Shown: positions 38,932 to 47,063, counted from the stretch's first letter. The stretch is DNA of 47,496 nt from a virus (IMGVR_UViG_3300045580_000138:1-47496); one strand, 5' to 3'. The notes: generated by a model from the letters alone, not told the origin. Translations and numbers: made by a program.

Positions 38932-40330
38932 GCCTGATCCTGAGGGGCGCATCCTTGTCTACCCGTATCTGGAAAACGGCGTAGAGCAGAACGCGAAGTA
39001 CCGCGCTCCGGGTAAGCGGTTTTGGCAGAAGGCCGGGGGCAAGAAGCTCCTGTTCAACCGGGACATACTGGAAGACCCAAGCCTCCATGATGGCTCTCAG
39101 CCGCTGGTGATCTGCGAAGGCGAAATGGACTGCCTCGCGGTGATTTCTGCGGGCTATCCCTTCGCAGTGTCCGTGCCTGATGGCGCACCGCCTGCGCGCG
39201 ATGCACAGGGCAAGTTAATATCTGTCCCTGAAACCACCTACGATATTGACCCGGATAGTGATGATAAATACGCTTTCCTGCTGAACGACTGGGAGTTGTT
39301 GTCAAAAGTAAAATCCATCGTCATTGCATCTGACGCGGATGAGCCGGGTTTGCGTCTGGCAAAGGAATTGGTGCGCCGTCTGGACCGGGTGCGCTGCAAG
39401 TTCATCACCTACCCGGAAGGCTGCAAGGACCTGAACGAGGTTCTGGCGGCTCAGGGCCGCAGCGCCGTGATGGACCTGATTGTTAACGCCAAGCCCTATC
39501 CTGTGTCTGGCGTGTACAGCTACAGTGATTTGCCGGATGAGGCCCCCATCTCAACCGTCACCACTGGCTGGCATGACGTAGACCAGTTCCTGATGCCCTA
39601 CACCCCGGCGTTCATGGTTGTCACCGGACTGCCCAATCACGGCAAGTCTACGTGGACAGTGCAGCTAGTGACCCAGCTTGCCATGTGGCATGGCTGGAAC
39701 GTGGGCATCGCCAGCTTCGAGATGCGCATTAAGCCGTATGTAACAAATCAGATCAGGAACGTTTTTCTCTGCCGCCGTCTGGCTGCGGCCACCCCTGATG
39801 CCCGCCTGTCGCCTGATGCCTTCATGGAAAGGCGTTTCAGTTTCATCGCCCCTGACCCGGATGACGATGCTGACCATGATCTAGACTGGCTGATTGACCG
39901 CATGGCAACGGCTGTGATCCGTCACGGCATGAAGGTGTGCTTGATTGACCCGTGGAACGAAATTGACCACAGGCGCGAGAAGGATGAGACGTTAACGGAA
40001 TACGTGGGGCGTGCCATCCGCAAGATGAAGGTGTTTGCCAAGCGGTATGACTGTCTGGTGATCGTCGTGGCGCACCCTGACAAATCATCCCGCCATCGTG
40101 ACCCGGAGGCAATTGGCCTCGCGGACATATCAGACAGTGCGCACTGGGCCAACAAGGCTGACATTGGCGTGACCATTGGCCGGATAGGTGAGATGAGCGA
40201 AAGCACATCTACAGGCGTCTACATTACCAAAATCCGGTATCAGCCTGAGGCGGGCCGGATTGGTGACGCAGTTCTCCAATACGACACAGACAAGCGCCTG
40301 TTTGTGGAGACTGTAGCGGAAACCGGGTGA
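38822..40330 (+). CDS. Toprim primase / SF4 helicase (T7 gp4/Twinkle-like) lacking the Zn domain
   Basis: N.KYR, ICEGEMD, SVPDGA, D.DEPG, CKDLNE; Walker A GLPNHGKS; IDPWN; VAHP; SAHWANKAD. Confidence 0.9.
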   Translation: MTLSQAHLDWLEGRNISVEVATNMGLYSGKRGPNGVEPDPEGRILVYPYLENGVEQNAKYRAPGKRFWQKAGGKKLLFNRDILEDPSLHDGSQPLVICEGEMDCLAVISAGYPFAVSVPDGAPPARDAQGKLISVPETTYDIDPDSDDKYAFLLNDWELLSKVKSIVIASDADEPGLRLAKELVRRLDRVRCKFITYPEGCKDLNEVLAAQGRSAVMDLIVNAKPYPVSGVYSYSDLPDEAPISTVTTGWHDVDQFLMPYTPAFMVVTGLPNHGKSTWTVQLVTQLAMWHGWNVGIASFEMRIKPYVTNQIRNVFLCRRLAAATPDARLSPDAFMERRFSFIAPDPDDDADHDLDWLIDRMATAVIRHGMKVCLIDPWNEIDHRREKDETLTEYVGRAIRKMKVFAKRYDCLVIVVAHPDKSSRHRDPEAIGLADISDSAHWANKADIGVTIGRIGEMSESTSTGVYITKIRYQPEAGRIGDAVLQYDTDKRLFVETVAETG

Positions 40331-40409
40331 TGGCAATTGAAGTGCCATTTCCTGCTGTTCCGTCGAGTGCTAGGCGGCTTTTGTGGGGTGGGGCGCTAGG
40401 GTGGTAGCC

Positions 40410-40437
40410 AAAACGAAAGAAGGCCCCTGTGGGGCCT
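40410..40437 (-). terminator. Terminator of the leftward early operon
   Basis: AGGCCCC-ACA-GGGGCCT followed by TCTTTCGTTTT on - strand. Confidence 0.7.
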
Positions 40438-40456
40438 CCTAATAGTCTTCCAGTGG

Positions 40457-40816
40457 CTACTCCAGTCCTCTGGCTTTGGCGAGAGCTTTAATTGCTTTCT
40501 CCCTAGCCTCAGAACCGCATTCGCAGCCCTCTCTGCCGCATGGGCCGGGAAGCTCTGCGATACACGCCTCTAAGGCTTCAATTAGGTCAGGAATGGACAC
40601 GATTAGCTGCGCGTTGGCGCGGCTCTGTGTCGTGCATGGATCGTGCGGGCTGCAATCAGCCACAACGCCATAGCCGGGGCCTTTAGGACCCCACACCCAG
40701 TCAGCGGATTCTGGGCCATATTCCCAACCACCCTTGCGCTCGTAAACGCCCGGAAGCTTCCCGCCGTTTTCGTAACGATACCACGGAAATGGAGTGTGAT
40801 TTACTTGCTTACCCAT
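40457..40816 (-). CDS. Hypothetical phage protein (HTP.PW...ANA.LI..PDL.EAL type)
   Basis: Start moved to MGKQ; common phage early-protein motif. Confidence 0.7.
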   Translation of the reverse strand: MGKQVNHTPFPWYRYENGGKLPGVYERKGGWEYGPESADWVWGPKGPGYGVVADCSPHDPCTTQSRANAQLIVSIPDLIEALEACIAELPGPCGREGCECGSEAREKAIKALAKARGLE

Positions 40817-40992
40817 GGTGACAATTCCTTCTCTAAAGCTGCTACGGCCAATGCGATATAACGGGGAGCGCCATTGCGCTTCCAAGATGTGATGCTGTTG
40901 CGCCCACAACCCAACATTTCAGCGACCCGCCATTCAGGCAGGCCGCGTTGAGCGCACAGTGCTAGGTAGGCGCGGAAATCATGGTTCGTCAT
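40801..40992 (-). CDS. Small Cro/XRE-like HTH regulator
   Basis: VAEMLGCGRNSITSWKRNG...YIALA..AL. Confidence 0.75.
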   Translation of the reverse strand: MTNHDFRAYLALCAQRGLPEWRVAEMLGCGRNSITSWKRNGAPRYIALAVAALEKELSPWVSK

Positions 40993-41164
40993 TACGTGTC
41001 TCCCATGCGAATAGCCATTCTTCGTTCAGCTTTTCAATTTTAAGCTTAAGCTCAATGATTGCATATTCCTCTGTTTCACCCTCGCCAACAGGCGCATCCG
41101 GGCTGTAATCGCTAGGCGCGGCGTACCAAGTTTCGCCTTCCTGCCATGTCGTGAACTTATCCAT
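40979..41164 (-). CDS. Small acidic protein with a HicB-like G.G.T.E.A motif
   Basis: WYA......VGEGETEEYAI. Confidence 0.55.
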   Translation of the reverse strand: MDKFTTWQEGETWYAAPSDYSPDAPVGEGETEEYAIIELKLKIEKLNEEWLFAWETRNDEP

Positions 41165-41203
41165 GTCTAAATACCCCTGTTGATTTAGTACGCGAAAGGT
41201 GAA

Positions 41204-41219
41204 GGGGGCCGTAGCCCCC
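41204..41219 (-). terminator. GGGGGC-TACG-GCCCCC hairpin with a weak U-tract
   Basis: Same hairpin as at 45815-45830. Confidence 0.55.
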
Positions 41220-41221
41220 GG

Positions 41222-41500
41222 TTAGATGAGCGCCTCAGGGCGAACCTTGACGCGGACAGTGGTCACTTCCGCCAGCTTGCAGCGGTCATCGTACCACTGC
41301 TGGCCAAATTCCTTCTTGACCTGAGCGGTATCAAACGAAGCGCGGATGCTGTTGCCAATCGACACGACGAACGTCTGGCCCACGATCTCTTCAAGGCCGG
41401 AAGCCTTAGCCTGCTTCTTAAGCGCCTCAAGCTGCTCCGTCAGCACCTTGATCTGAGCGTCAAGCTGGCCAATCTGGTCTGCGAGAAGGTTGCTGGTCAT
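41222..41500 (-). CDS. Hypothetical early protein (coiled-coil N-terminus)
   Basis: GGAG SD; strong codon bias; own promoter. Confidence 0.75.
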   Translation of the reverse strand: MTSNLLADQIGQLDAQIKVLTEQLEALKKQAKASGLEEIVGQTFVVSIGNSIRASFDTAQVKKEFGQQWYDDRCKLAEVTTVRVKVRPEALI

Positions 41501-41548
41501 TGTCGTATCTCCATGTTGGGGGCGGTCACCGCGACCGCCTATGCACCC

Positions 41549-41577
41549 CTTATCTCACGGATCAGGGATGATTGCAA
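41549..41577 (-). promoter_or_regulatory. Promoter with operator (site 2)
   Basis: TTGCAA-17-GATAAG; TCAC-GGATCA-GGGA at 41555-41568. Confidence 0.7.
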
Positions 41578-41637
41578 CAGTTAATTTCAGTGGAAAAGTA
41601 ACTTTTTTAACTGCGCGAATAGATGTAGTGTTTGGGG

Positions 41638-41871
41638 ATGACAGACGCACAAGATCAAGCCCCCACCCAAAAATACAAGCGCGGAACATGGCACGAATGG
41701 GCCAAGCAGATGCGCGAACAGGGATACACATACGCTCAAATCGCTGAGGCAGTGGGGGTCAGCACCCCTGCGGTTTATTTCGCGGTCAACGCCGGGAAGC
41801 GTTGGAAGGGCAAGAAAAAGGGCGCGGAGACTGATGCCCCCGCGCCCCTCGCTCCCCCGGTCCTTGATTAG
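41638..41871 (+). CDS. Small HTH DNA-binding protein
   Basis: MREQGYTYAQIAEAVGVSTPAVYFAVN. Confidence 0.75.
   Translation: MTDAQDQAPTQKYKRGTWHEWAKQMREQGYTYAQIAEAVGVSTPAVYFAVNAGKRWKGKKKGAETDAPAPLAPPVLD
41812..41847 (-). terminator. Terminator for the DUF932 gene, lying within the opposite-strand HTH gene
   Basis: GGGCGCGG...CCGCGCCC followed by TTTTTCTT on - strand. Confidence 0.6.
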
Positions 41872-42767
41872 GCCGCGATTGCCGCGCCCTTGAGCTTGGC
41901 GAACTCATTGGCGAGGTGCCAGAGCGCGCGGTTGATCTTGAGGTCACCGTCTGCGCTGTTGACCGGGCGGGTGTCGCGGTAGGTCACGCGGTTGGTTTCC
42001 TCGTTGCGGTGCTGGTAGCTCAGGCCACCACGGATCAGGTTTTCCTGCGCGCGGTTGAAGGTCAGCCAGAGGTTATTCGACAGGTCAGCCTCGCGGCGCG
42101 GGCGCACAACCTGAGAGCCTTCGATGCGGGGCAGGGTTTCTTCGTCGTAGCGCAGGCGCAGGGCGGCTTCGCCAAAGATGCGCTGCTCATCGCGGTTAAG
42201 CTCGACGGCGCGCAATTCCTGCGCGGCCTCAAGGGCCACCACAGCGTCATCCAGCACGCGGTAGGTGCCTTCGATCACCTTGTCGAGGACGCCCCGGCCA
42301 GAGTGGCCAACCTTGATGGAGCCAAAGTTAGCGTCAGAAACCGTCAGGCCATTCAGGCACACAAGGCGGAACAGGCCAGCGTGAAGCTGGTAGCTGCTGG
42401 TGCCATCATGGGCGTTGAGAAGGACCACTTCCGGGTGGCTATCGCCAACCTTGGGCGCACCAGCGAGGTCATCCTGACGGCGGAAGCGGATCAGGTGCTT
42501 GGTGAAGGCGCGCTTCTCTTCGTCGCGCGAACCGCCAACCTGAACCTTGACGGGCACGAAGCCTTCCTTGGACAGGCCAGCCAGAAGCTCATGGGTGGGG
42601 ATCACCTGAAAACGCTCAGAGCGCGAGGCATGTCGTTCGTTGGCGAACACGGTGGGGGCGAACTGAGCAATCTGCTCGAAAGAGAGGGCCTCGCCGCGAT
42701 TAGCCTGAAGCTGGATGCCGCCACGGCCAAAACGACGAACCTGACGGTTGAGGCTGAAAGTGTTCAT
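41868..42767 (-). CDS. DUF932/DUF945-family protein
   Basis: AP.VFA...H.SRS.RF..IPT, EGF.P, FTKH.IRFR, LLNAHDG.SSYQ..AGLFR.VC.NG, LW..FN..QEN..RGG, N.ALW. Confidence 0.85.
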   Translation of the reverse strand: MNTFSLNRQVRRFGRGGIQLQANRGEALSFEQIAQFAPTVFANERHASRSERFQVIPTHELLAGLSKEGFVPVKVQVGGSRDEEKRAFTKHLIRFRRQDDLAGAPKVGDSHPEVVLLNAHDGTSSYQLHAGLFRLVCLNGLTVSDANFGSIKVGHSGRGVLDKVIEGTYRVLDDAVVALEAAQELRAVELNRDEQRIFGEAALRLRYDEETLPRIEGSQVVRPRREADLSNNLWLTFNRAQENLIRGGLSYQHRNEETNRVTYRDTRPVNSADGDLKINRALWHLANEFAKLKGAAIAA

Positions 42768-42819
42768 TTTAGTGTCTCCTTGGTGGGGTTTTGAGCGGAA
42801 CCATTCCGTTCGTGAAGCT

Positions 42820-42848
42820 TGTATGCACGCATCCGTGATGCCCGTCAA
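42820..42848 (-). promoter_or_regulatory. Promoter with operator (site 3)
   Basis: TTGACG-17-CATACA; GCAC-GCATCC-GTGA at 42825-42838. Confidence 0.7.
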
Positions 42849-42953
42849 CCCCTAAAATACGATTTTGTAAAAATCAGTGGATACTCACGCCACTTTTGCG
42901 CTGGATGTGGTATATTATTGGCAAATGGAGGGCTGATTTTGCAGGAAGTAGCT

Positions 42954-43184
42954 ATGATACGCATGTTTATGATGAGTGACGGTGCGCCCGGTGTCCAGTT
43001 GCAGTCAGAGGATGGCTTTTTAGACCTAGAACCCATCAAGCGGGCCGTCCTGCTGAATGCTGCCCTGCAATTGTGCGTTGCAGCAATTAACGCCATCGCT
43101 GATGATCACCCGGATGACGCGGATGACATCATGGAAACGCTTGCACATATGTCCATCTCCCCGGCTGCGCAGATGAGGAACTGA
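42954..43184 (+). CDS. Hypothetical protein
   Basis: Start moved to the ATG after AGGA; coupled to the next gene. Confidence 0.55.
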   Translation: MIRMFMMSDGAPGVQLQSEDGFLDLEPIKRAVLLNAALQLCVAAINAIADDHPDDADDIMETLAHMSISPAAQMRN

Positions 43185-43402
43185 TGTTTGGATGGATGCG
43201 CAAGCGGGTACAGACCCCGCACCCTACAGTGCATCAGGTCCTTGTAGTCCTGCGAGACGAAGTAGAGAGGAAAAATATTCCGGTTGTCATGGATGACTTT
43301 GACGCCGGGTACGACATGGCAATTGATGAGGTGCTGGCCCTCATTGATGAAGCCTTAAACCCAAGTGCCAGAAATGATGATGTAACCTACGGAGAAAAGT
43401 AA
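43184..43402 (+). CDS. Hypothetical protein
   Basis: TGATG coupling; GAGG SD. Confidence 0.6.
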   Translation: MFGWMRKRVQTPHPTVHQVLVVLRDEVERKNIPVVMDDFDAGYDMAIDEVLALIDEALNPSARNDDVTYGEK

Positions 43403-43725
43403 TGACGACACTTTTGCATCTTTCTCAGTCTATCGCCGACATGCAGGATCACCTGTCCCGTGAGCAGCGGTTTTCCCATGATGCCTGCCACAACTTGCTC
43501 AGTGGCGTGAAGCTGTGCCGCGAGGCCATCGACGCATTGGAGCGCGACATCCGCAATCACTTTGAGGAGCGTGACAGGTCTGTGTCTCGCTTGATTGGCA
43601 ACTCTCAACCATATGCCACAATCATTGATACATCTGTGCCGCCTGCTTCGCTTGCAAAGGCTGCGCTTGATGATGACGATGGGCGCAGTGCTTCGCGTAA
43701 GGACGAAGACGATACTACGTTCTAA
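43402..43725 (+). CDS. Hypothetical protein
   Basis: TAATG coupling; GGAG SD. Confidence 0.6.
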   Translation: MTTLLHLSQSIADMQDHLSREQRFSHDACHNLLSGVKLCREAIDALERDIRNHFEERDRSVSRLIGNSQPYATIIDTSVPPASLAKAALDDDDGRSASRKDEDDTTF

Positions 43726-44012
43726 TGGCGTCCTACCTGTCAGTGATCGTCTTCAGTTGCATGAGCGTGCTGGAGACGGTCCCCAACAAGACGGAAACGA
43801 TTGCATACAAGTGCCCTGAGACGGTTCACATGTACTATGAGCCGGGTGCGCCTTACGTGACGCCAAAGGAGTATGCGAACAACATGCACCTAACAGATGG
43901 GCACCGCGATGATCGTATGCCGCCTGAAGTTAAAAAGGTAAGCCAGACAAAGAAAGTAGCATCTGTATCTAAGAGCAAGAGAAAGTATAAACGCAAAAAG
44001 AGGCGTACATGA
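43725..44012 (+). CDS. Hypothetical protein with a basic C-terminus
   Basis: TAATG coupling. Confidence 0.5.
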   Translation: MASYLSVIVFSCMSVLETVPNKTETIAYKCPETVHMYYEPGAPYVTPKEYANNMHLTDGHRDDRMPPEVKKVSQTKKVASVSKSKRKYKRKKRRT

Positions 44013-44722
44013 AACGTCACCCCAGAGGTAGATCATTCGAGGAAAGCACTGAGAAATATGGCACGCAGTGGCGTAGGGTAGCTACGATACGTTGCCGCCA
44101 TTGTGGTGAGCATGATACCATCAGCTTGAAGATGGGCGCATCGCTGCTGCCGCCTGCTGCTATCGAAAAGAAGTTCACGCAGAAAGGTTGGGCAGTGGGG
44201 TCTAACGAAAATTGGGATACGTGCCCCAATTGCGTTAACAAGTTCTCCGCCAAGCCCGCCTTGACGATTGTACCCAAAGAAGAGCCAACGCCTGTTGAGG
44301 AGGTAACACCCATGAAGCCTGAGCCTAAGCTGGTTGTCGCGGAGCCGCGCGCAATGCAGCGTGATGACCGCCGTATCATCTTTGAGAAGCTGAATGGCGT
44401 GTATCTGGATGAGAAGCGCGGGTATGATCCTGAGTGGTCTGACCACAGGGTTGCCACTGATCTGGGGGTTCCGCGCATATGGGTGGAACAGGTCCGCGAA
44501 GAGATGTTTGGCCCGGTTGCCACCAACCCCAACATTGAGGCGTTCACGAAGGGCCTGAAGGAACTGTCAGCCTACAAGGATCAACTCAGTGAGGTTGAGA
44601 ATGTGCGCAAGCAGTTGGATCAGCTTCGCACTCTGATTGGCGGCATTAACATTGCCTCTATGCTTGACCGCATTAACAAGCTCGAAAAGCTGTCAACGGA
44701 AGTTAAAAAGCATATTCCCTAA
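44009..44722 (+). CDS. Zn-finger plus HTH-like hypothetical protein
   Basis: CRHC...GW...CPNC; WSD.RVA.DLGVPR.WV..VRE..FG. Confidence 0.7.
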   Translation: MKRHPRGRSFEESTEKYGTQWRRVATIRCRHCGEHDTISLKMGASLLPPAAIEKKFTQKGWAVGSNENWDTCPNCVNKFSAKPALTIVPKEEPTPVEEVTPMKPEPKLVVAEPRAMQRDDRRIIFEKLNGVYLDEKRGYDPEWSDHRVATDLGVPRIWVEQVREEMFGPVATNPNIEAFTKGLKELSAYKDQLSEVENVRKQLDQLRTLIGGINIASMLDRINKLEKLSTEVKKHIP

Positions 44723-44754
44723 AAGCAGAGGGGAGGCTAATAACCTCCCCTCAC

Positions 44755-44828
44755 GCTGGTGTAGTTTAATGGTAAAACGACCGCCTTGTAAGCGGTTGAC
44801 GTAGGTTCAATTCCTGCCTCCAGCACCA
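44755..44828 (+). tRNA. trnT: tRNA-Thr(UGU)
   Basis: Cloverleaf: GCTGGTG/CTCCAGC (one U-U), anticodon arm ACCGC-CTTGTAA-GCGGT, TTCAATT T-loop, encoded CCA. Confidence 0.93.
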
Positions 44829-44965
44829 TCATCCTTGCCCCACAGACGCCTGCGCAGGCTCTGTATTTCGTCTTCCTGCTCAAGCAACAGATCAGCGGCT
44901 TCGTCTGTCAAAACGTTTTTAAAAATGCGCCGCAGCTTGGAAGCCAGCACCCTAGCGGTTCTCAT
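44807..44965 (-). CDS. 52-aa hypothetical protein whose 3' end overlaps the tRNA antisense
   Basis: MRTARVLASKLRR...EAADLL.EQEDEIQSLR; overlaps the upstream micro-ORF. Confidence 0.45.
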   Translation of the reverse strand: MRTARVLASKLRRIFKNVLTDEAADLLLEQEDEIQSLRRRLWGKDDGAGGRN

Positions 44966-45116
44966 CGTTGATCAGCCCTAATCTCTTGAGTTCATCCATC
45001 ATGCCAGTGGGTGGCCAGCTTATCTCATAGGTCACCGGGTTGCGGTAGATGTAATGGGCCTGTTCCAGCCTGTCGTAATCAGGACGGAGGTGGGCACAGT
45101 GTTCGTGGCGTTTCAT
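44952..45116 (-). CDS. 54-aa protein containing AHYIYRNPV
   Basis: GAGGTG SD; not in the ORF track. Confidence 0.6.
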   Translation of the reverse strand: MKRHEHCAHLRPDYDRLEQAHYIYRNPVTYEISWPPTGMMDELKRLGLINDENR

Positions 45117-45124
45117 CCGGCACC

Positions 45125-45301
45125 TCACCAAGGAAATTCATCGTCAGGCCAGACGGCTTCAAACACACGCCCCTCAAGGACGCGGAAAGCTTCGTCCTGA
45201 GACAATGGTGCATCCACCTGATCAAGCTCATAGACGCCCCAGAAATCGCGTTCCTCCGGGGCTAGCACGATAGACGGATAGTTGGTCACGTTAACGAGCA
45301 T
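45125..45301 (-). CDS. 58-aa acidic hypothetical protein
   Basis: GGAGG SD; MLVNVTNYPS...WPDDEFPW; not in the ORF track. Confidence 0.65.
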   Translation of the reverse strand: MLVNVTNYPSIVLAPEERDFWGVYELDQVDAPLSQDEAFRVLEGRVFEAVWPDDEFPW

Positions 45302-45303
45302 GG

Positions 45304-45567
45304 TTATTCCTCCACAATTGTACGGGTTATGGTTACAGTTTCTGGGTTAAGGTCATAGGTGGCTTCGCCAGTCAGCAGGGCCAGTGAACAGCGGCGTGTG
45401 ATGCCCCACCGGGTGGCGCAGGAGCGCACAAAATGCTCCCGCTCATAATCGTCGCCAGAGAGCGTGTAGCCCCTGTAGACCTCCTGAGCGAGGCGTACAT
45501 AGTTGGGGAGCCAGTACAGCCCCCCTGCCTTCGTCTGAGGCGCGGGAAACGTCTCTGTGATGGTCAT
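45304..45567 (-). CDS. Hypothetical protein
   Basis: GGAGG SD; ATGA overlap with the upstream stop. Confidence 0.65.
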   Translation of the reverse strand: MTITETFPAPQTKAGGLYWLPNYVRLAQEVYRGYTLSGDDYEREHFVRSCATRWGITRRCSLALLTGEATYDLNPETVTITRTIVEE

Positions 45568-45737
45568 GCCGCCCTCCCGTTGCGCAATTCAATTTCGAGG
45601 TTGTTCTGGTCAAGGTAGAAGACCAGCGTCTTAACATCCGCGAAGTCAATAGTGCGCCCGTCATCATACCGGATTGTGTAGATGGTGATGCCGCTGGACA
45701 GGGTGCGGGTGGAGAGCTTTACAGTAGCTGTGAACAT
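45564..45737 (-). CDS. Hypothetical protein
   Basis: Start moved to MFTATV after GAGG; own promoter. Confidence 0.6.
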   Translation of the reverse strand: MFTATVKLSTRTLSSGITIYTIRYDDGRTIDFADVKTLVFYLDQNNLEIELRNGRAA

Positions 45738-45777
45738 AGGAACCTCATAAGGGGCCGGGATTGGCCTAACGACACAA

Positions 45778-45806
45778 CGCATATCACGCATCAGGGACGG
45801 GCGCAA
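45778..45806 (-). promoter_or_regulatory. Promoter with operator (site 4)
   Basis: TTGCGC-17-TATGCG; TCAC-GCATCA-GGGA at 45784-45797. Confidence 0.65.
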
Positions 45807-45810
45807 TAGG

Positions 45811-45839
45811 AAAAGGGGGCCGTAGCCCCCCCCTTTTTT
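45811..45839. terminator. Terminator GGGGGC-CGTA-GCCCCC with A/T tracts on both sides
   Basis: AAAA on the left, TTTTTT on the right. Confidence 0.8.
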
Positions 45840-46488
45840 ACACTGCCGCAGGGCGGCTGATTATGGTCTGGCGCACCCCGTCACGCTCACCGTGTTCTGC
45901 TACGGTGGCCTTGACGTTGATAGACTGGCCCTTGTCGCCCAGATACTTCGTGCCCTTGTAGATCACGATGTTGTTGGCGGCGTCACGCAGGCCAAAGATG
46001 TAGGACAGGCCATACTGGCCCTCAAATGACTTGCTCCACTGCACGGTGAGGCCAAAGGTGTCGCGCTTGCCCACGGTGCCAATGTGCTGGCTGGAGGCGT
46101 CCTTAGCGGCATACTCAGCCTTGCGGTTGGCAGCAAATTCAATCTGGCGTGCAAGGGCGTTGCGCACGATAGAGGTCTGCTTGTCAGACAGGTTGCCGCA
46201 CTGATCAAGATCACGCGCCAGCTTGTCGAGAAGCTCACCAAAGCCCGCGCCAGAGGGGCGGCGGGGAAGGGTGTCATCGTAGCCCAGAAGCCAGTCGCGC
46301 AGGGTCTTGGCGTCAGAGTGAGCAGCGAACCAGCGGGCATGGTTGCCCTTGATCCAGTTGCTGGCGATGCGCGCCACAGCGGCGTTAACGTAGGCACCCT
46401 CGTTGTCGGGGTTAACGTGATCAGGCACGTTGACGCCAATGTTGCGGACGAAGTTCTGGAAGCGGGTCAGTTCAGTATCGTAGGTCAT
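45838..46488 (-). CDS. Hypothetical early protein with a C-terminal OB-fold-like domain
   Basis: LS.KQ, S.HIGTVGKR, F.G.YG, D...N...YKG, VKATV..H....GVRQT...RP. Confidence 0.75.
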   Translation of the reverse strand: MTYDTELTRFQNFVRNIGVNVPDHVNPDNEGAYVNAAVARIASNWIKGNHARWFAAHSDAKTLRDWLLGYDDTLPRRPSGAGFGELLDKLARDLDQCGNLSDKQTSIVRNALARQIEFAANRKAEYAAKDASSQHIGTVGKRDTFGLTVQWSKSFEGQYGLSYIFGLRDAANNIVIYKGTKYLGDKGQSINVKATVAEHGERDGVRQTIISRPAAV

Positions 46489-46532
46489 TGAGGTAGCTCC
46501 TAGTTGGGGGCCGTGATTGGCCTATGACCACT

Positions 46533-46562
46533 CTCATATCACTGATCCGTGACGGATGTCAA
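46533..46562 (-). promoter_or_regulatory. Promoter with operator (site 5)
   Basis: TTGACA-18-TATGAG; TCAC-TGATCC-GTGA at 46539-46552. Confidence 0.75.
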
Positions 46563-46576
46563 CAGGTCAGATAAAG

Positions 46577-46598
46577 AAAAAAGGGGGCCTAAGCCCCC
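46577..46598 (-). terminator. Rho-independent terminator overlapping a stop codon
   Basis: GGGGGC-TTAG-GCCCCC-TTTTTT on - strand. Confidence 0.8.
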
Positions 46599-46825
46599 CG
46601 GTCTTCAGTTTGGTTTTGTATGGCTTGCCACTTGCGTAGCAGGGCTTCCCCGCGCTCCATGGCATCCTCTAGGTCAGCGTATACATAGCAGGCTTTATTG
46701 GGCACCTGTGCGCCAATGTCGCTATCCGGGTCTGTGTGGTAGTCCCGGTAATCGTCAATGTAGTCCATGGCCTCCTGTATGGCCGTCAGGATTTCCTGAA
46801 TGTTGGTGACCTCTTTGTTTTTCAT
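46589..46825 (-). CDS. Small acidic hypothetical protein
   Basis: Start moved to MKNKEV after GAGGGG. Confidence 0.65.
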   Translation of the reverse strand: MKNKEVTNIQEILTAIQEAMDYIDDYRDYHTDPDSDIGAQVPNKACYVYADLEDAMERGEALLRKWQAIQNQTEDRGA

Positions 46826-46835
46826 GGCGTTCCCC

Positions 46836-46994
46836 TCAGACCTTGCTCTGTTTGCGGACCTGTGCCCAGAAATCAGCGCGGGCATCCTCAGGGGTAGTGC
46901 CCTGTCCAAGGGCGCGGCTGTCTTCGCGGGTATCGCCGTCATAAGCGAACCAGACCTCAGCGATGGCATCGTATTCAACGTGTAGCGGCGTCAT
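46836..46994 (-). CDS. 52-aa protein with a HicB-like GQG.TPEDA motif (not in the ORF track)
   Basis: GGAGG SD; MTPLHVEYDAIAEVWFAYDGD...LGQGTTPEDARADFW. Confidence 0.7.
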   Translation of the reverse strand: MTPLHVEYDAIAEVWFAYDGDTREDSRALGQGTTPEDARADFWAQVRKQSKV

Positions 46995-47033
46995 AGTGTC
47001 CTCCATGGGGGCCGGAAGTGGCCTATGACCACC

Positions 47034-47063
47034 TCCGTATCACGTATCAGTGACGATTGTCAA
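47034..47063 (-). promoter_or_regulatory. Promoter with operator (site 6)
   Basis: TTGACA (containing the upstream TGA stop); TCAC-GTATCA-GTGA at 47040-47053. Confidence 0.75.

Noticed and set aside
41916-42794. 292-aa + strand ORF
   Set aside because: Antisense shadow of the strongly codon-biased DUF932 gene; no SD and no recognisable motifs
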